This document shows, one piece after another, positions 63,951-64,000 of a stretch of DNA of 64,000 nt. The position numbers were made by a program, and so were the translations under genes. Position 1 is the stretch's first letter, and each line of letters begins with the position of its first letter. The stretch is from Malacoraja senta (lineage: Eukaryota), in assembly GCA_038087875.1 (NCBI GenBank), contig CM075987.1, positions 24,058,001 through 24,122,000 of the forward strand, in the 5' to 3' direction. The notes under the pieces were generated by a model that was not told the origin of the DNA, ran no database searches, and saw nothing but the letters and a program-made list of their open reading frames with translations.

Positions 63951-64000
63951 AACTAAAGGACAAATCTTGTCTGCCTACACATAATCCCTCTAAGTAAGTA

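Noticed and set aside
1..64000. CRISPR array or prokaryotic system
   Set aside because: No regularly spaced repeat-spacer structure and no operon-like coding density; vertebrate TE landscape

Overview
This is repeat-dense vertebrate genomic DNA, most consistent with a cartilaginous fish (skate, ray or shark). The basis is HE1-like tRNA/V-domain SINEs that share a 3' tail with CR1 (HER1-like) LINEs. Nearly all ORFs in the track are transposon debris: CR1, Rex/Babar, L1 and Penelope-like (GIY-YIG) fragments, plus Harbinger-like and hAT-like MITEs. There is a 200-N gap at 43681-43880. I found two small minus-strand exons of an unidentified gene that splice in frame (49112-49037 and 38855-38811), plus weaker candidate terminal exons at 22716 (-) and 2155 (+). 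Four structures stand out. (1) A family of 80-580 bp Penelope-derived units carries a minimal hammerhead ribozyme motif, is often built as a fold-back palindrome, and is flanked by 12-15 bp target duplications. (2) Several distinct Harbinger-like MITEs are inserted at the same TTA/TAA in the anticodon-loop equivalent of the SINE head. (3) There are several local inverted duplications. (4) A degenerate OTU-protease-like remnant sits inside an inverted-repeat-bounded block. All family names come from motif recognition, not database searches. Boundaries of degraded repeats are approximate.
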